From positions 10,033-74,032 of the forward strand of contig CALVON010000001.1 in NCBI GenBank assembly GCA_944350315.1: DNA of 64,000 bases, given 5' to 3'. A model generated the notes under the pieces. That model made no database searches. It was not told the origin of the DNA and saw nothing but the letters and a program-made list of their open reading frames with translations. Shown in pieces: positions 41,631-50,123 of the stretch. This DNA comes from an uncultured Bacilli bacterium (lineage in GTDB: Bacteria; Bacillota_I; Bacilli_A; RF39; UBA660). Made by a program: the position numbers and the translations under genes. Positions within the stretch are counted from its first letter, which is position 1, and each line of letters begins with the position of its first letter.

Positions 41631-41667
41631 TTTAATCACCAACATAATCATATCATAAAAAAAAAGC

Positions 41668-42132
41668 CTATTCAATAGATATAAGCTTAATCCCATCATC
41701 ACTTCTATATAAACTTAATATATTATCAACAACCTCCTTTATCTCATAAACATCACTCATATTATATAACATATTATCATATTCATCCTGCTTACTATTT
41801 ACATATTCTTTTGGCATATAATACTCATCAACATATAAATTATCACTATATATACTCTTTATCTTATCAATATTATCATAATTACTTGTTATTCCCACCA
41901 CTGTCTTATAACCCTCATCATCCATATAATAAATATAATTATTACTACTATTATCCTCTCTCATCTCTTCATAACTATCATATTTTCCACTCTCCACTAA
42001 ATATATTCTAGAAGACCTAAGATCACTATCTATATCATCCTTATAAGTCTTATAAATAAATTTCCCACAAACATATCCAAATAAAACTGACACAAATATT
42101 GGTATTAATAACCCCATTAACTTTCTTTTCAT
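41668..42132 (-). CDS. Single-TM protein, unknown (possibly SPOR-like) domain
   Basis: 154 aa with TM LLIPIFVSVLFGYVCG. No firm family call. Confidence 0.4.
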   Translation of the reverse strand: MKRKLMGLLIPIFVSVLFGYVCGKFIYKTYKDDIDSDLRSSRIYLVESGKYDSYEEMREDNSSNNYIYYMDDEGYKTVVGITSNYDNIDKIKSIYSDNLYVDEYYMPKEYVNSKQDEYDNMLYNMSDVYEIKEVVDNILSLYRSDDGIKLISIE

Positions 42133-42203
42133 TTTATCACCAATATCATTATAAAATTAAATATCCAAAAATAATGTCGAAAGATATAAAAAGAAGAAAG
42201 AAA

Positions 42204-42677
42204 TTATCTTCCTTTCTTACTACTTTTTTCTTCATTTAGATACACTTGATTTTTAGCCACCTCAATATAATATAATTTATATCTTAACTGTTCAATAATA
42301 ATCTGTAGTTTTTTTAAAGTTAATCCCATATAAGTATTTCCTAAATACTTAACATAATTATTAATTATCTTAAGTCTTAATCTTTCCGCATCCATTAAAC
42401 TCTTTCTAATACTACCTTCATTATCACCACTATCATCTTCATCAATAATCTTTAACTGATTCAATAAATAAGTAATACTATTATCTATCTTTTTCTTAAT
42501 AATCTTTTGACTAAATTCAGGATTTATAATAATTATTTTATTTACTTCAATAGAATCTTTCTTCTTCACTTTAGGATTTACCATATATCCATCTATCTTA
42601 TCAATTTCAAAAGAAACAATTTCTCTTTTTTTACTACCTTTTGTTATATAATAATTCTTCTTACTCATCATCCTCAC
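42204..42677 (-). CDS. Hypothetical basic protein
   Basis: 157-aa ORF overlapping the trmD stop. No recognisable motif. Confidence 0.4.
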   Translation of the reverse strand: MRMMSKKNYYITKGSKKREIVSFEIDKIDGYMVNPKVKKKDSIEVNKIIIINPEFSQKIIKKKIDNSITYLLNQLKIIDEDDSGDNEGSIRKSLMDAERLRLKIINNYVKYLGNTYMGLTLKKLQIIIEQLRYKLYYIEVAKNQVYLNEEKSSKKGR

Positions 42678-43335
42678 CAGCCAAATCTTCTCTCATTTCA
42701 TTTGTTCTCTTTATTCTTTCATTCATTCGATACTTCTCTATATTCTCATGATGACCAGATAATAAAACATCTGGTACTCTCATTCCTCTAAATTCTACTG
42801 GTTTAGTATAGTTTGGATAATCTAATAACCCATCATTAAAACTCTCACTCTTTAAAGATTCTTCAGATATAACCCCTGGTATCAACCTAACAATCGCATC
42901 ACTAATTACCATTGCCGGTAATTCTCCACCAGTCAAAACGTAATCACCAATTGACATTTCCATATCAACTATACTTTTTATTCGCTCATCAAAACCTTCA
43001 TAATGACCACATATAATTATTAAATGTTTAAAAGTAGATAATTTTTTAGCAACATCTTGTTTAAAAACTTTACCAGATGGACTCATCATAATTATATATG
43101 AATCATCTGTTCTAATACTATCAATACATCTAAAAATTGGTTCACACATCAAAACCATTCCTGCTCCGCCACCATATGGATAATCATCTACTCTTCCATG
43201 CTTATCCAAAGAATAATCTCTAAAATTATGAATTTTTATAGAAACATAACCACTATCAATTGCCCTTTTAATTATCGATGTATTCAAAAATCCTTCAAAC
43301 ATATCTGGAAATATTGATAAAATATCAATTTTCAT
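42661..43335 (-). CDS. trmD: tRNA (guanine37-N1)-methyltransferase
   Basis: DDYPYGGGAGMVLM, IIICGHYEGFDERI, IGDYVLTGGELPAMV. Confidence 0.95.
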   Translation of the reverse strand: MKIDILSIFPDMFEGFLNTSIIKRAIDSGYVSIKIHNFRDYSLDKHGRVDDYPYGGGAGMVLMCEPIFRCIDSIRTDDSYIIMMSPSGKVFKQDVAKKLSTFKHLIIICGHYEGFDERIKSIVDMEMSIGDYVLTGGELPAMVISDAIVRLIPGVISEESLKSESFNDGLLDYPNYTKPVEFRGMRVPDVLLSGHHENIEKYRMNERIKRTNEMREDLAGEDDE

Positions 43336-43346
43336 AAAATCACCTA

Positions 43347-43841
43347 CTAATCAAATAAACCTAAAATATTTACTACATTCATCTCTCTTTTTTCTAAATT
43401 TACACTCTTTATTATATCAAAATTATAAGGAATAAGATAGTCTTTTACCTCACCTTTAACAACTAATAAATTATTAGTGTTATATCTTTCTATCTTTTTA
43501 ACAACCCCCATATATTTATCATCAACAAATACTTTTAATCCAATAATATCTTCATCTAAATATTCAAAATCATTAAGTATAATATCATCCTTATTAACAA
43601 AAACATATTCTCCCTTATATTTAAGAACTTGATTTATATCATTATATCCCTTAATAGTAATCATCTCAAATATTTTATGATGTCTATAACTATTAATCTC
43701 TTCACATATCTTATCCCTACCAATATAAATCTTCATTCCTGGTATAAATACTCTATCCTTATACTTAAAATTACTAATGATTCTTACTTCCCCTTTAATA
43801 CCATGAGTATTAACTAACTTCCCAATGTTAATATATTTCAT
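43347..43841 (-). CDS. rimM: 16S rRNA processing protein RimM
   Basis: IGKLVNTHGIKGEVRI, and its position directly upstream of trmD. Confidence 0.85.
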   Translation of the reverse strand: MKYINIGKLVNTHGIKGEVRIISNFKYKDRVFIPGMKIYIGRDKICEEINSYRHHKIFEMITIKGYNDINQVLKYKGEYVFVNKDDIILNDFEYLDEDIIGLKVFVDDKYMGVVKKIERYNTNNLLVVKGEVKDYLIPYNFDIIKSVNLEKREMNVVNILGLFD

Positions 43842-44563
43842 CTATTCATCACCTCATACATAAGTATTGAAGCACTAACTCCCGCATTTAAACTCTCACA
43901 ATCGTTATTCATCTTAATATATACAAATTTATCACACTTATCTCTAACACTATCTCTAATTCCTCTTCCTTCATTTCCAATTACAATAGCTATCTTATCA
44001 GGTATATCTATATTTTTAATATCACATCCATCATTAACATCTGTTCCAATTATTAAATATTCTTTATTCTTACTAATAAAATCATCTATATCACAAGTAA
44101 TAATATTTTTATTAAATAACATTCCTTTAGTAGCTCTAATAACCTTTGGATTATATATACTAACACTATCATTACTTATCATAACTGTATCAAAATTAAA
44201 AGCCACAGCTGATCTAATAATAGTACCTAAATTACCTGGATCCTGAATATTATCAAGTATAATAATCTTATTACCTAAAGTATTTTCATCTAAATATTTA
44301 CATACTCCATAATACCTACTAACACTATCCATATCACTAATCTTCTTCATTACTTCATAACTAACATATGTATAAGGAATATCTTCATATAAAATATCAC
44401 TTCCCTCAAGTATATATAACTCTATTAAATATCCCTTTTTATAAGCTTCTTCAATTATATCTAAACCTTCTACAAAAAATAAAGAAACCTTATCACGATA
44501 TTTCTTATCCTTTAATTTAACTAACTCCTTAATTTTATTATTATTAACAGACGTAATTAACAT
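43838..44563 (-). CDS. TrmH/SpoU-family RNA 2'-O-methyltransferase
   Basis: LDNIQDPGNLGTIIRSA, IVIGNEGRGI, ESLNAGVSASILMYE. Confidence 0.8.
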   Translation of the reverse strand: MLITSVNNNKIKELVKLKDKKYRDKVSLFFVEGLDIIEEAYKKGYLIELYILEGSDILYEDIPYTYVSYEVMKKISDMDSVSRYYGVCKYLDENTLGNKIIILDNIQDPGNLGTIIRSAVAFNFDTVMISNDSVSIYNPKVIRATKGMLFNKNIITCDIDDFISKNKEYLIIGTDVNDGCDIKNIDIPDKIAIVIGNEGRGIRDSVRDKCDKFVYIKMNNDCESLNAGVSASILMYEVMNR

Positions 44564-44624
44564 AATAATCCCTTCTTTTAAATTATTATAACATCTTCAT
44601 AAAAAAAAAGAAACTAAAAGTTTC

Positions 44625-46283
44625 TTAACGGCTTCCACCGCCTCCGCCACCAAATGATCCGCCACCTCCACCACCAGATGAAAATCCACCGCCACCTGAT
44701 GAATACCTCGATGCTGCTGATCTAGCACTATTAGCACTAGACACACTACTTCTTGACATATAACTAATAAATAATAATGTATCTAAGTCTATACCATCAC
44801 CATAAATTTCTTGAATAACCTCTGGATATAAATCCTTAAGTTGTTTGGCAACTTTATCTGCTATTCCAAACAAATAAGCAAACATTAAATATTCATCCCA
44901 TAAATGAACATCCATAACTTCTTTAGTCTTCATATTAGAAAATTCTTCTAAAAACTTCTTCAACCCATATAACTTGACACTATCTTGATATATCATATCA
45001 TCCATTACATTCTTTTTACTACATTCTTTTTTATCCTTACGACGATATATATGACCTTCTTCTCTAAGCTTTCTAATATTATCATTCTCTATCTTTTTAA
45101 AGATATCTAAAAATTTAGAATAATTTTTTCGACACCATTTCTCCATCTCTTTAGTCTCTAAATAACCATCTACAGAAGCCCTATACATAATATCAAATAA
45201 TTTTGTTTCATGTTCATTGTCAAAAGTAGGACTAAGTGTTAAATCAATAATATTATTATTTTTACCTTCACCCTTTTTAAAAACTACTTTCTTCTCTCTT
45301 ACCCATTTAAGAATAATAGCCCCAAAAATATTACTCTCTTTATATCCAAAATTATTTAATTTAATTAAAGCATTCGCATAATATATATCTTTATTACAAG
45401 GAATATCCCTAAACATCTCTACATTTTTCTTATCAATTTTCTTATTATTAACATACCCATATTTACCACCACTACTAATAAAAGCATACAGTATTATATA
45501 TCCAAAAAATATTATATAAAAAATATTGTTAATAATAAAATTAATAATTTGTTTAAATACATTATTATAATTATAATCAAATGTTCCCTTTTCTGCAGCC
45601 TTATATACATCATCAAAAGTATCATATCTACTATCAGTATTCGTATTATCAAAAGTACCTAATGGAAACTTTGCTAATAAAACAGCATACTTATCATTCA
45701 TTTTACTCTCATTTGACATATATATTTTACCGTCTTCAACATAAGCATAACCCTTATATCCATATCCCCATACATCTAATGTATCAGGGAAATCATAATA
45801 ACTTGATAATACAAGACTAAAATTATCAAAATCAACATTAGATAATCTATCAATAAAATTATAATAAATTACTTGAGAATCATCTGTATTTATAACAAAA
45901 TTACTTAATTTATATGACAAAGTAAATTTATGTCTATTATAATCATATTTACCAAAACATAACTCAAGACCATCTTTAGTATAATTAATACCATAATAAC
46001 CTTTTTTTTCAGATAAAGATTCATCTACATCCCATGTTTTATAAGTTAATTTATTACCATCCATATAAACATTAAAATTAGATAATTCCATATTACCTAA
46101 ATTATTAATTACCTTATACCATTCAGTCCCATCACTACCATCAACATCCCATACTTCTACAATATTAGCACTACCATCTTTTAATACTTCAACACCAATA
46201 TTAATACTATAAATATCATTAGCAAAAACAGATAATGGCATCAAAAACATCATTACAAATAAAAATAATATTTTCTTTTTCAT
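44625..46283 (-). CDS. DUF2207-type membrane protein with Gly-rich C-terminal tail
   Basis: Signal peptide, central TM pair, and a C-terminal SSGGGGFSSGGGGGGSFGGGGGGSR tail. Sits near lemA, as is common for this family. Confidence 0.65.
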   Translation of the reverse strand: MKKKILFLFVMMFLMPLSVFANDIYSINIGVEVLKDGSANIVEVWDVDGSDGTEWYKVINNLGNMELSNFNVYMDGNKLTYKTWDVDESLSEKKGYYGINYTKDGLELCFGKYDYNRHKFTLSYKLSNFVINTDDSQVIYYNFIDRLSNVDFDNFSLVLSSYYDFPDTLDVWGYGYKGYAYVEDGKIYMSNESKMNDKYAVLLAKFPLGTFDNTNTDSRYDTFDDVYKAAEKGTFDYNYNNVFKQIINFIINNIFYIIFFGYIILYAFISSGGKYGYVNNKKIDKKNVEMFRDIPCNKDIYYANALIKLNNFGYKESNIFGAIILKWVREKKVVFKKGEGKNNNIIDLTLSPTFDNEHETKLFDIMYRASVDGYLETKEMEKWCRKNYSKFLDIFKKIENDNIRKLREEGHIYRRKDKKECSKKNVMDDMIYQDSVKLYGLKKFLEEFSNMKTKEVMDVHLWDEYLMFAYLFGIADKVAKQLKDLYPEVIQEIYGDGIDLDTLLFISYMSRSSVSSANSARSAASRYSSGGGGFSSGGGGGGSFGGGGGGSR

Positions 46284-46306
46284 AATTATTACTCCCCACT
46301 ATATAA

Positions 46307-46933
46307 TTAATCTTTAAGTATTTTTCTTATTTTCTTATATTCAGGATAATATTTCTCTACTAAAAGCCAAAAATTTTTAGAATGATTTGGATGAATAAAA
46401 TGACAAAGTTCATGCACAATAACATAATTTAAACACTCTATATCATATCTAGATAATTGATAATTAAGTGTTACATTATGATTTTTAGTATTACATACTC
46501 CCCATCTACTACTCATCTTTCTTATTTTTAAATTAGGAATAGGTATTCTTTCTTCAAATAAATTATAATAATAATTTAATCTCTCACTATATATTCTAAC
46601 TATCTCACTATTAATATATTTATCAAAACTCTTCTTATCATATGCATATATCTTATCACTACTAAACTCTATCTCATTAAATCCATAAACTATATCATAT
46701 CTCTTACCAAAAAAATAAAATTCACTCTCTTTAACTGTTATTTTATTATCCCTATCAATCATCTTCTTAATACTACTAATATTATCATTAATTAAATTAA
46801 TAATACTCTTTTTACTAACTAAATAATTAGTAGTAACAATAATCTTTCCATCTCTAACCCTAATATATGTATTCCGATTATTCTTCTTAATAATTTCTAC
46901 ATCATATTTTTTACCATCAATCTCAATAATCAT
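46307..46933 (-). CDS. YgjP/DUF45 (M48-like) zinc metallopeptidase
   Basis: HELCHFIHPNHSKNFW motif. Confidence 0.75.
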   Translation of the reverse strand: MIIEIDGKKYDVEIIKKNNRNTYIRVRDGKIIVTTNYLVSKKSIINLINDNISSIKKMIDRDNKITVKESEFYFFGKRYDIVYGFNEIEFSSDKIYAYDKKSFDKYINSEIVRIYSERLNYYYNLFEERIPIPNLKIRKMSSRWGVCNTKNHNVTLNYQLSRYDIECLNYVIVHELCHFIHPNHSKNFWLLVEKYYPEYKKIRKILKD

Positions 46934-46957
46934 TTTACCCCCTTAAAGAAAAAAACA

Positions 46958-47527
46958 CTAAAATTTAACTTTTGGTGTCTCTTTCTCTTCTTCTTCGATC
47001 TTAAAGTATTCAAATTTCTTAAACTTAAACATTCCTGCTACAACATTAGATGGAAACATTTCCACTAAATTATTAAAATTCATTGCAGCATCATTATAAA
47101 ATTGTCTCGCATAAGTAATCTTATCTTCCGTATCTTTAAGATCATTTTGTAAAGACAAAAAGTTCTCATTAGCTTTTAAATCAGGATATGCTTCAGATAA
47201 TGCAAATAACTTATTTAAAGCACCAGTAAGTTCATTATTAGCTGTAATCTTATCATTAACAGAAGTAGCACTAACAGCCTTATTTCTAGCATCAATAACC
47301 TCGGTTAACGTTTTCTCTTCATGTTTTGCATAACCTTTAACAGTCTCTACTAAATTAGGTATCAAATCAGCTCTTCTTTTTAATTGAATATCTATTTGAC
47401 TAAATTGATTATCTACCTTATTTCTAGAATTAACTAACTTATTATAAACACCAATTATATAAAAAGCTAAAAGAACCAATAATCCTACTATAACAATTAT
47501 TATAATTGTACTAGTCTCCATAATCAT
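46958..47527 (-). CDS. lemA: LemA family protein
   Basis: N-terminal TM, YNKLV, RRADLIPNLVETVKGYAKHE, ARQFYN. Confidence 0.85.
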   Translation of the reverse strand: MIMETSTIIIIVIVGLLVLLAFYIIGVYNKLVNSRNKVDNQFSQIDIQLKRRADLIPNLVETVKGYAKHEEKTLTEVIDARNKAVSATSVNDKITANNELTGALNKLFALSEAYPDLKANENFLSLQNDLKDTEDKITYARQFYNDAAMNFNNLVEMFPSNVVAGMFKFKKFEYFKIEEEEKETPKVKF

Positions 47528-47611
47528 CCTCCTAGAATAATTATATCTTAAAAAAAAAAAATTTACTAGTATTTTTTTAAATTTTCTGTAAATATTATTA
47601 TTGGTGATAAA

Positions 47612-47839
47612 ATGGAAAATATTGATATTAGAAACTATATCATAGAAAACTTTAAAGACGATAATGAAGAAAAAATAAAAGATTCCATAGAAACTACTAT
47701 CAAATTCAAAGATGAAGATGCCCTTATCGGATTAGGAGTATTATTTGAAATTCTATGGAATAGTATGACTGAAGAACAAAAAAAAGAAAGCCTTACCCAA
47801 ATAAGAAATAGTATTAAAAATCTAGCTAACCCAAATTAG
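47612..47839 (+). CDS. sspI: Small acid-soluble spore protein SspI
   Basis: LIGLGVLFEILW core and overall length match B. subtilis SspI (LPGLGVLFEVIW). A terminator hairpin CTAGCTAA/TTAGCTAG plus T7 lies at 47822-47850. Confidence 0.65.
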   Translation: MENIDIRNYIIENFKDDNEEKIKDSIETTIKFKDEDALIGLGVLFEILWNSMTEEQKKESLTQIRNSIKNLANPN

Positions 47840-47981
47840 CTAGTTTTTTTACTATAAATCTATTTTTATGTGTTTTATTAACCATAAGGCTAATAAGGAA
47901 TTAAACCTCTACGATATTCCATACTCATAATGTCCTTAAACATTATTTTGACTGAAGATATAAATCTTATATACTGTAGTC

Positions 47982-48094
47982 TGCCGAAAACCAAACGGGC
48001 GGCGTTGTTAGAGTTCGCATTACCATTATTGTTGTTGAAGTTGAAGACGCCCGCATTAACCCCATTGTTGTAGTTACCACCACGATTAAACCAC
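47982..48094 (-). repeat. DGR template-repeat (TR)-like copy of the 3' end of the upstream gene
   Basis: 113 nt, co-linear with 48259-48371 (offset 277). It has 14 AAY codons and 29 coding-strand adenines. 21 of the 25 differences to the VR are at TR adenines. The 68-aa ORF at 47890..48096 is just this repeat read in frame. Confidence 0.75.
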
Positions 48095-48139
48095 ATTTAT
48101 ACCAAAATTATACCCCTCTTTAAACAACCTACCCCATGC

Positions 48140-48167
48140 CCGGTTTGCAAAAAAAGAGGCAAACCGG
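48140..48167. other. GC-rich 9-bp hairpin between VR and TR
   Basis: CCGGTTTGC, a 10-nt loop, then GCAAACCGG. No U-tract on either strand, so it is not a canonical terminator. Confidence 0.5.
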
Positions 48168-48247
48168 ACACATCTCCATTTCGTATTTTTCTGCTACCTA
48201 TTTATCTTTTCCTATTGTCACAGCCTCCGTTTCTAAAGAGCATGTCG

Positions 48248-50050
48248 CTACGCTCCTATGCCGAAAACCAAACGGGCGGCGATGCTAGAGCCCGCACCAC
48301 CAGGGCTGACGCCGAAGCCGAAGACGCCCGCATACACCCCATAGGGGTAGTAGGCACCACGAATAAACCACGGATTACCTGAAGAAACGAAACTGGCATA
48401 ATCACTATACCAGCTAGATGTTTCTGATAAAGCGTGTCCATAACATACTCCACCATTACATGCCGTTAAAATATTTGTTGATGTATACAAATCATAATAT
48501 TTTTTTGCAGGAAAGCTGGTAAAACCACTCCGATATAGTGTATTATTGTAATTTCCCATTACTCTATCATATACGCCTCCAGACATATCATATACTCCAG
48601 TAATATTACCAGTCGAACTAGCAACCTTTGTTAAATCTCTTGTAGTATTATTACTCGTTAAAAAACCATCCCAGGTATATGTTCCATTAGTGCTAGTAGA
48701 TCCGCTTCCGCCAACAGCACCACCACTTCTTCCTGTATAATATCCACTACTATTATTTATGTATATTTCTCTATTTACCCCATATTTGGAATGTGATAGG
48801 TAAGCTACTGCGCCCCATTCACTGTTTTTCATCATATGACTATCTGTTGCTGTAGTTAATCCATAAGTTGATGAACCATTAAATGTTACATTACTATCTG
48901 ATAATTCACCTCCAGCAAATTTTAAGGCTGTTTGAAATTGCGTTGATAAATTTTGGTCTCTTAAGGATTCTACATCTGGTAATATTGTTGGGGTTGTTTC
49001 ATCTCCTGTTGTTTCAAATTTTCCTACCCATATTCCAGATAATTCTTCGCCTGTATCTCTTACTCCATCACTATCATCATCCCACCAAAACGCTGGATGG
49101 GTAATATATTCTCCTACTTGACCACCTGTTGATATTTCATCTTTTGATTCAAATACAATTTCTATCTCTTGTTCACTTCCTAGACTACTTTCTTGCAACG
49201 TCCATATCTTATACTTATATCTTGGTATCCATACAAGGTATGCTAAGATATCTGATTGATTTACTTCTACTCCAGATGTATTTAAATATGTATTTCTTGA
49301 TGATTCAGTCACTAATATGGCATTTGCCCATTCTTTATTTGAATAATTATACCAACTACTATCACTTGTTGATACTGTTTTTATTATGGTATTATCTCCT
49401 GATACATCAAAAGTTATTGGAATCATTCCTTCATCTAATACTGGACTACTAGGTTCTACTTCTGATGATACATCTGTACAACTTCCATTTAATGATAGGC
49501 TAAAAGATTGATTCATTGTTGATGATGATTCCTCAGCAGCATCTAACCATATCCATAAATAAAATGTTGCTGGGGTTGATGAAGAATATTCATTTTCTGT
49601 AAATAATTCTATTTTATCTCCGGCTTTTTTACCTTTAAAATTACCTGATACTACAACATCATCGTATGGACTAGTATCACTAGTAGTAAATGAATACATA
49701 AAATTATCACTATTAGATAGTCCTGTACCGATACTATTTATATCTAACCATAAGTCCATATAGATAGTTTTATCTGCTACATTAACTGTAGGTGTTACGG
49801 TTACTGTTCTTTTAATATAGTTATTACTATTTTGTTCATTTACTTCTGTTGGTACTAAAATAACATCTCCCTGACTTATATTACCCCCACCATCAGCAGC
49901 ACATGAAAAATCTGATTCTAATGTAAATACTACATTAGTTTTTTGTTCTTCACTAGTTTGCCATCTCCAATAAGCTAGTGTTCCCCCTAATATTGTAAAT
50001 ATTACTGTTAATATTGATAATGTAATTATTATTTTTTTATTTCTATCCAT
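48248..50050 (-). CDS. Secreted/anchored protein with C-terminal FGE-sulfatase (C-type-lectin fold)-like domain; candidate DGR target
   Basis: N-terminal hydrophobic segment ending GGTLAYW. The C-terminal half carries ITHPAFWW, NSEWGAVAYLSHSKYG, GVYDMSGGVYDRVMG (compare the FGE motif G.yDM.GNvwEW), and PWFIRG...AARLVFG. The last 37 codons form the VR. Confidence 0.75.
   Translation of the reverse strand: MDRNKKIIITLSILTVIFTILGGTLAYWRWQTSEEQKTNVVFTLESDFSCAADGGGNISQGDVILVPTEVNEQNSNNYIKRTVTVTPTVNVADKTIYMDLWLDINSIGTGLSNSDNFMYSFTTSDTSPYDDVVVSGNFKGKKAGDKIELFTENEYSSSTPATFYLWIWLDAAEESSSTMNQSFSLSLNGSCTDVSSEVEPSSPVLDEGMIPITFDVSGDNTIIKTVSTSDSSWYNYSNKEWANAILVTESSRNTYLNTSGVEVNQSDILAYLVWIPRYKYKIWTLQESSLGSEQEIEIVFESKDEISTGGQVGEYITHPAFWWDDDSDGVRDTGEELSGIWVGKFETTGDETTPTILPDVESLRDQNLSTQFQTALKFAGGELSDSNVTFNGSSTYGLTTATDSHMMKNSEWGAVAYLSHSKYGVNREIYINNSSGYYTGRSGGAVGGSGSTSTNGTYTWDGFLTSNNTTRDLTKVASSTGNITGVYDMSGGVYDRVMGNYNNTLYRSGFTSFPAKKYYDLYTSTNILTACNGGVCYGHALSETSSWYSDYASFVSSGNPWFIRGAYYPYGVYAGVFGFGVSPGGAGSSIAARLVFGIGA
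48259..48371 (-). repeat. DGR variable-repeat (VR)-like segment at the 3' end of the 600-aa gene
   Basis: It encodes WFIRGAYYPYGVYAGVFGFGVSPGGAGSSIAARLVFG, compared with the TR-encoded WFNRGGNYNNGVNAGVFNFNNNNGNANSNNAARLVFG. The adenine-free 3' 22 nt are identical. The segment is locally GC-rich in an AT-rich genome. Confidence 0.75.
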
Positions 50051-50123
50051 ATATTACTCTCCTTTTACTATCTTAATATAAATTATACTTTATATTTTTA
50101 TTTTTGTCTATTAATAATATACA

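Noticed and set aside
42175-42181. Single TGTCGAA (0A-box) upstream of the 154-aa membrane protein gene
   Set aside because: One isolated heptamer is expected by chance several times in a window of this size and composition. Only the phased cluster at 21521-21567 seemed worth reporting.
47528-47611. Forespore (sigma-G/sigma-F) promoter upstream of sspI, and a 12-nt poly-A tract as a slippage site
   Set aside because: I could not place convincing -35/-10 elements by eye. The homopolymer lies in a divergent intergenic region of an extremely AT-rich genome, with no coding consequence.
47890-48096. 68-aa ORF (MWFNRGGNYNNGVNAGVFNFNNNNGNANSNN...)
   Set aside because: It is the DGR-like template repeat read in frame. 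The Asn-rich, AAY-codon content and the lack of an RBS argue that it is non-coding template, not a protein gene.
48168-48190. 16-aa mini-ORF MEMCPVCLFFCKPGMG in the VR-TR spacer
   Set aside because: It has no RBS, overlaps the hairpin arms that dictate its sequence, and is too short to evaluate.
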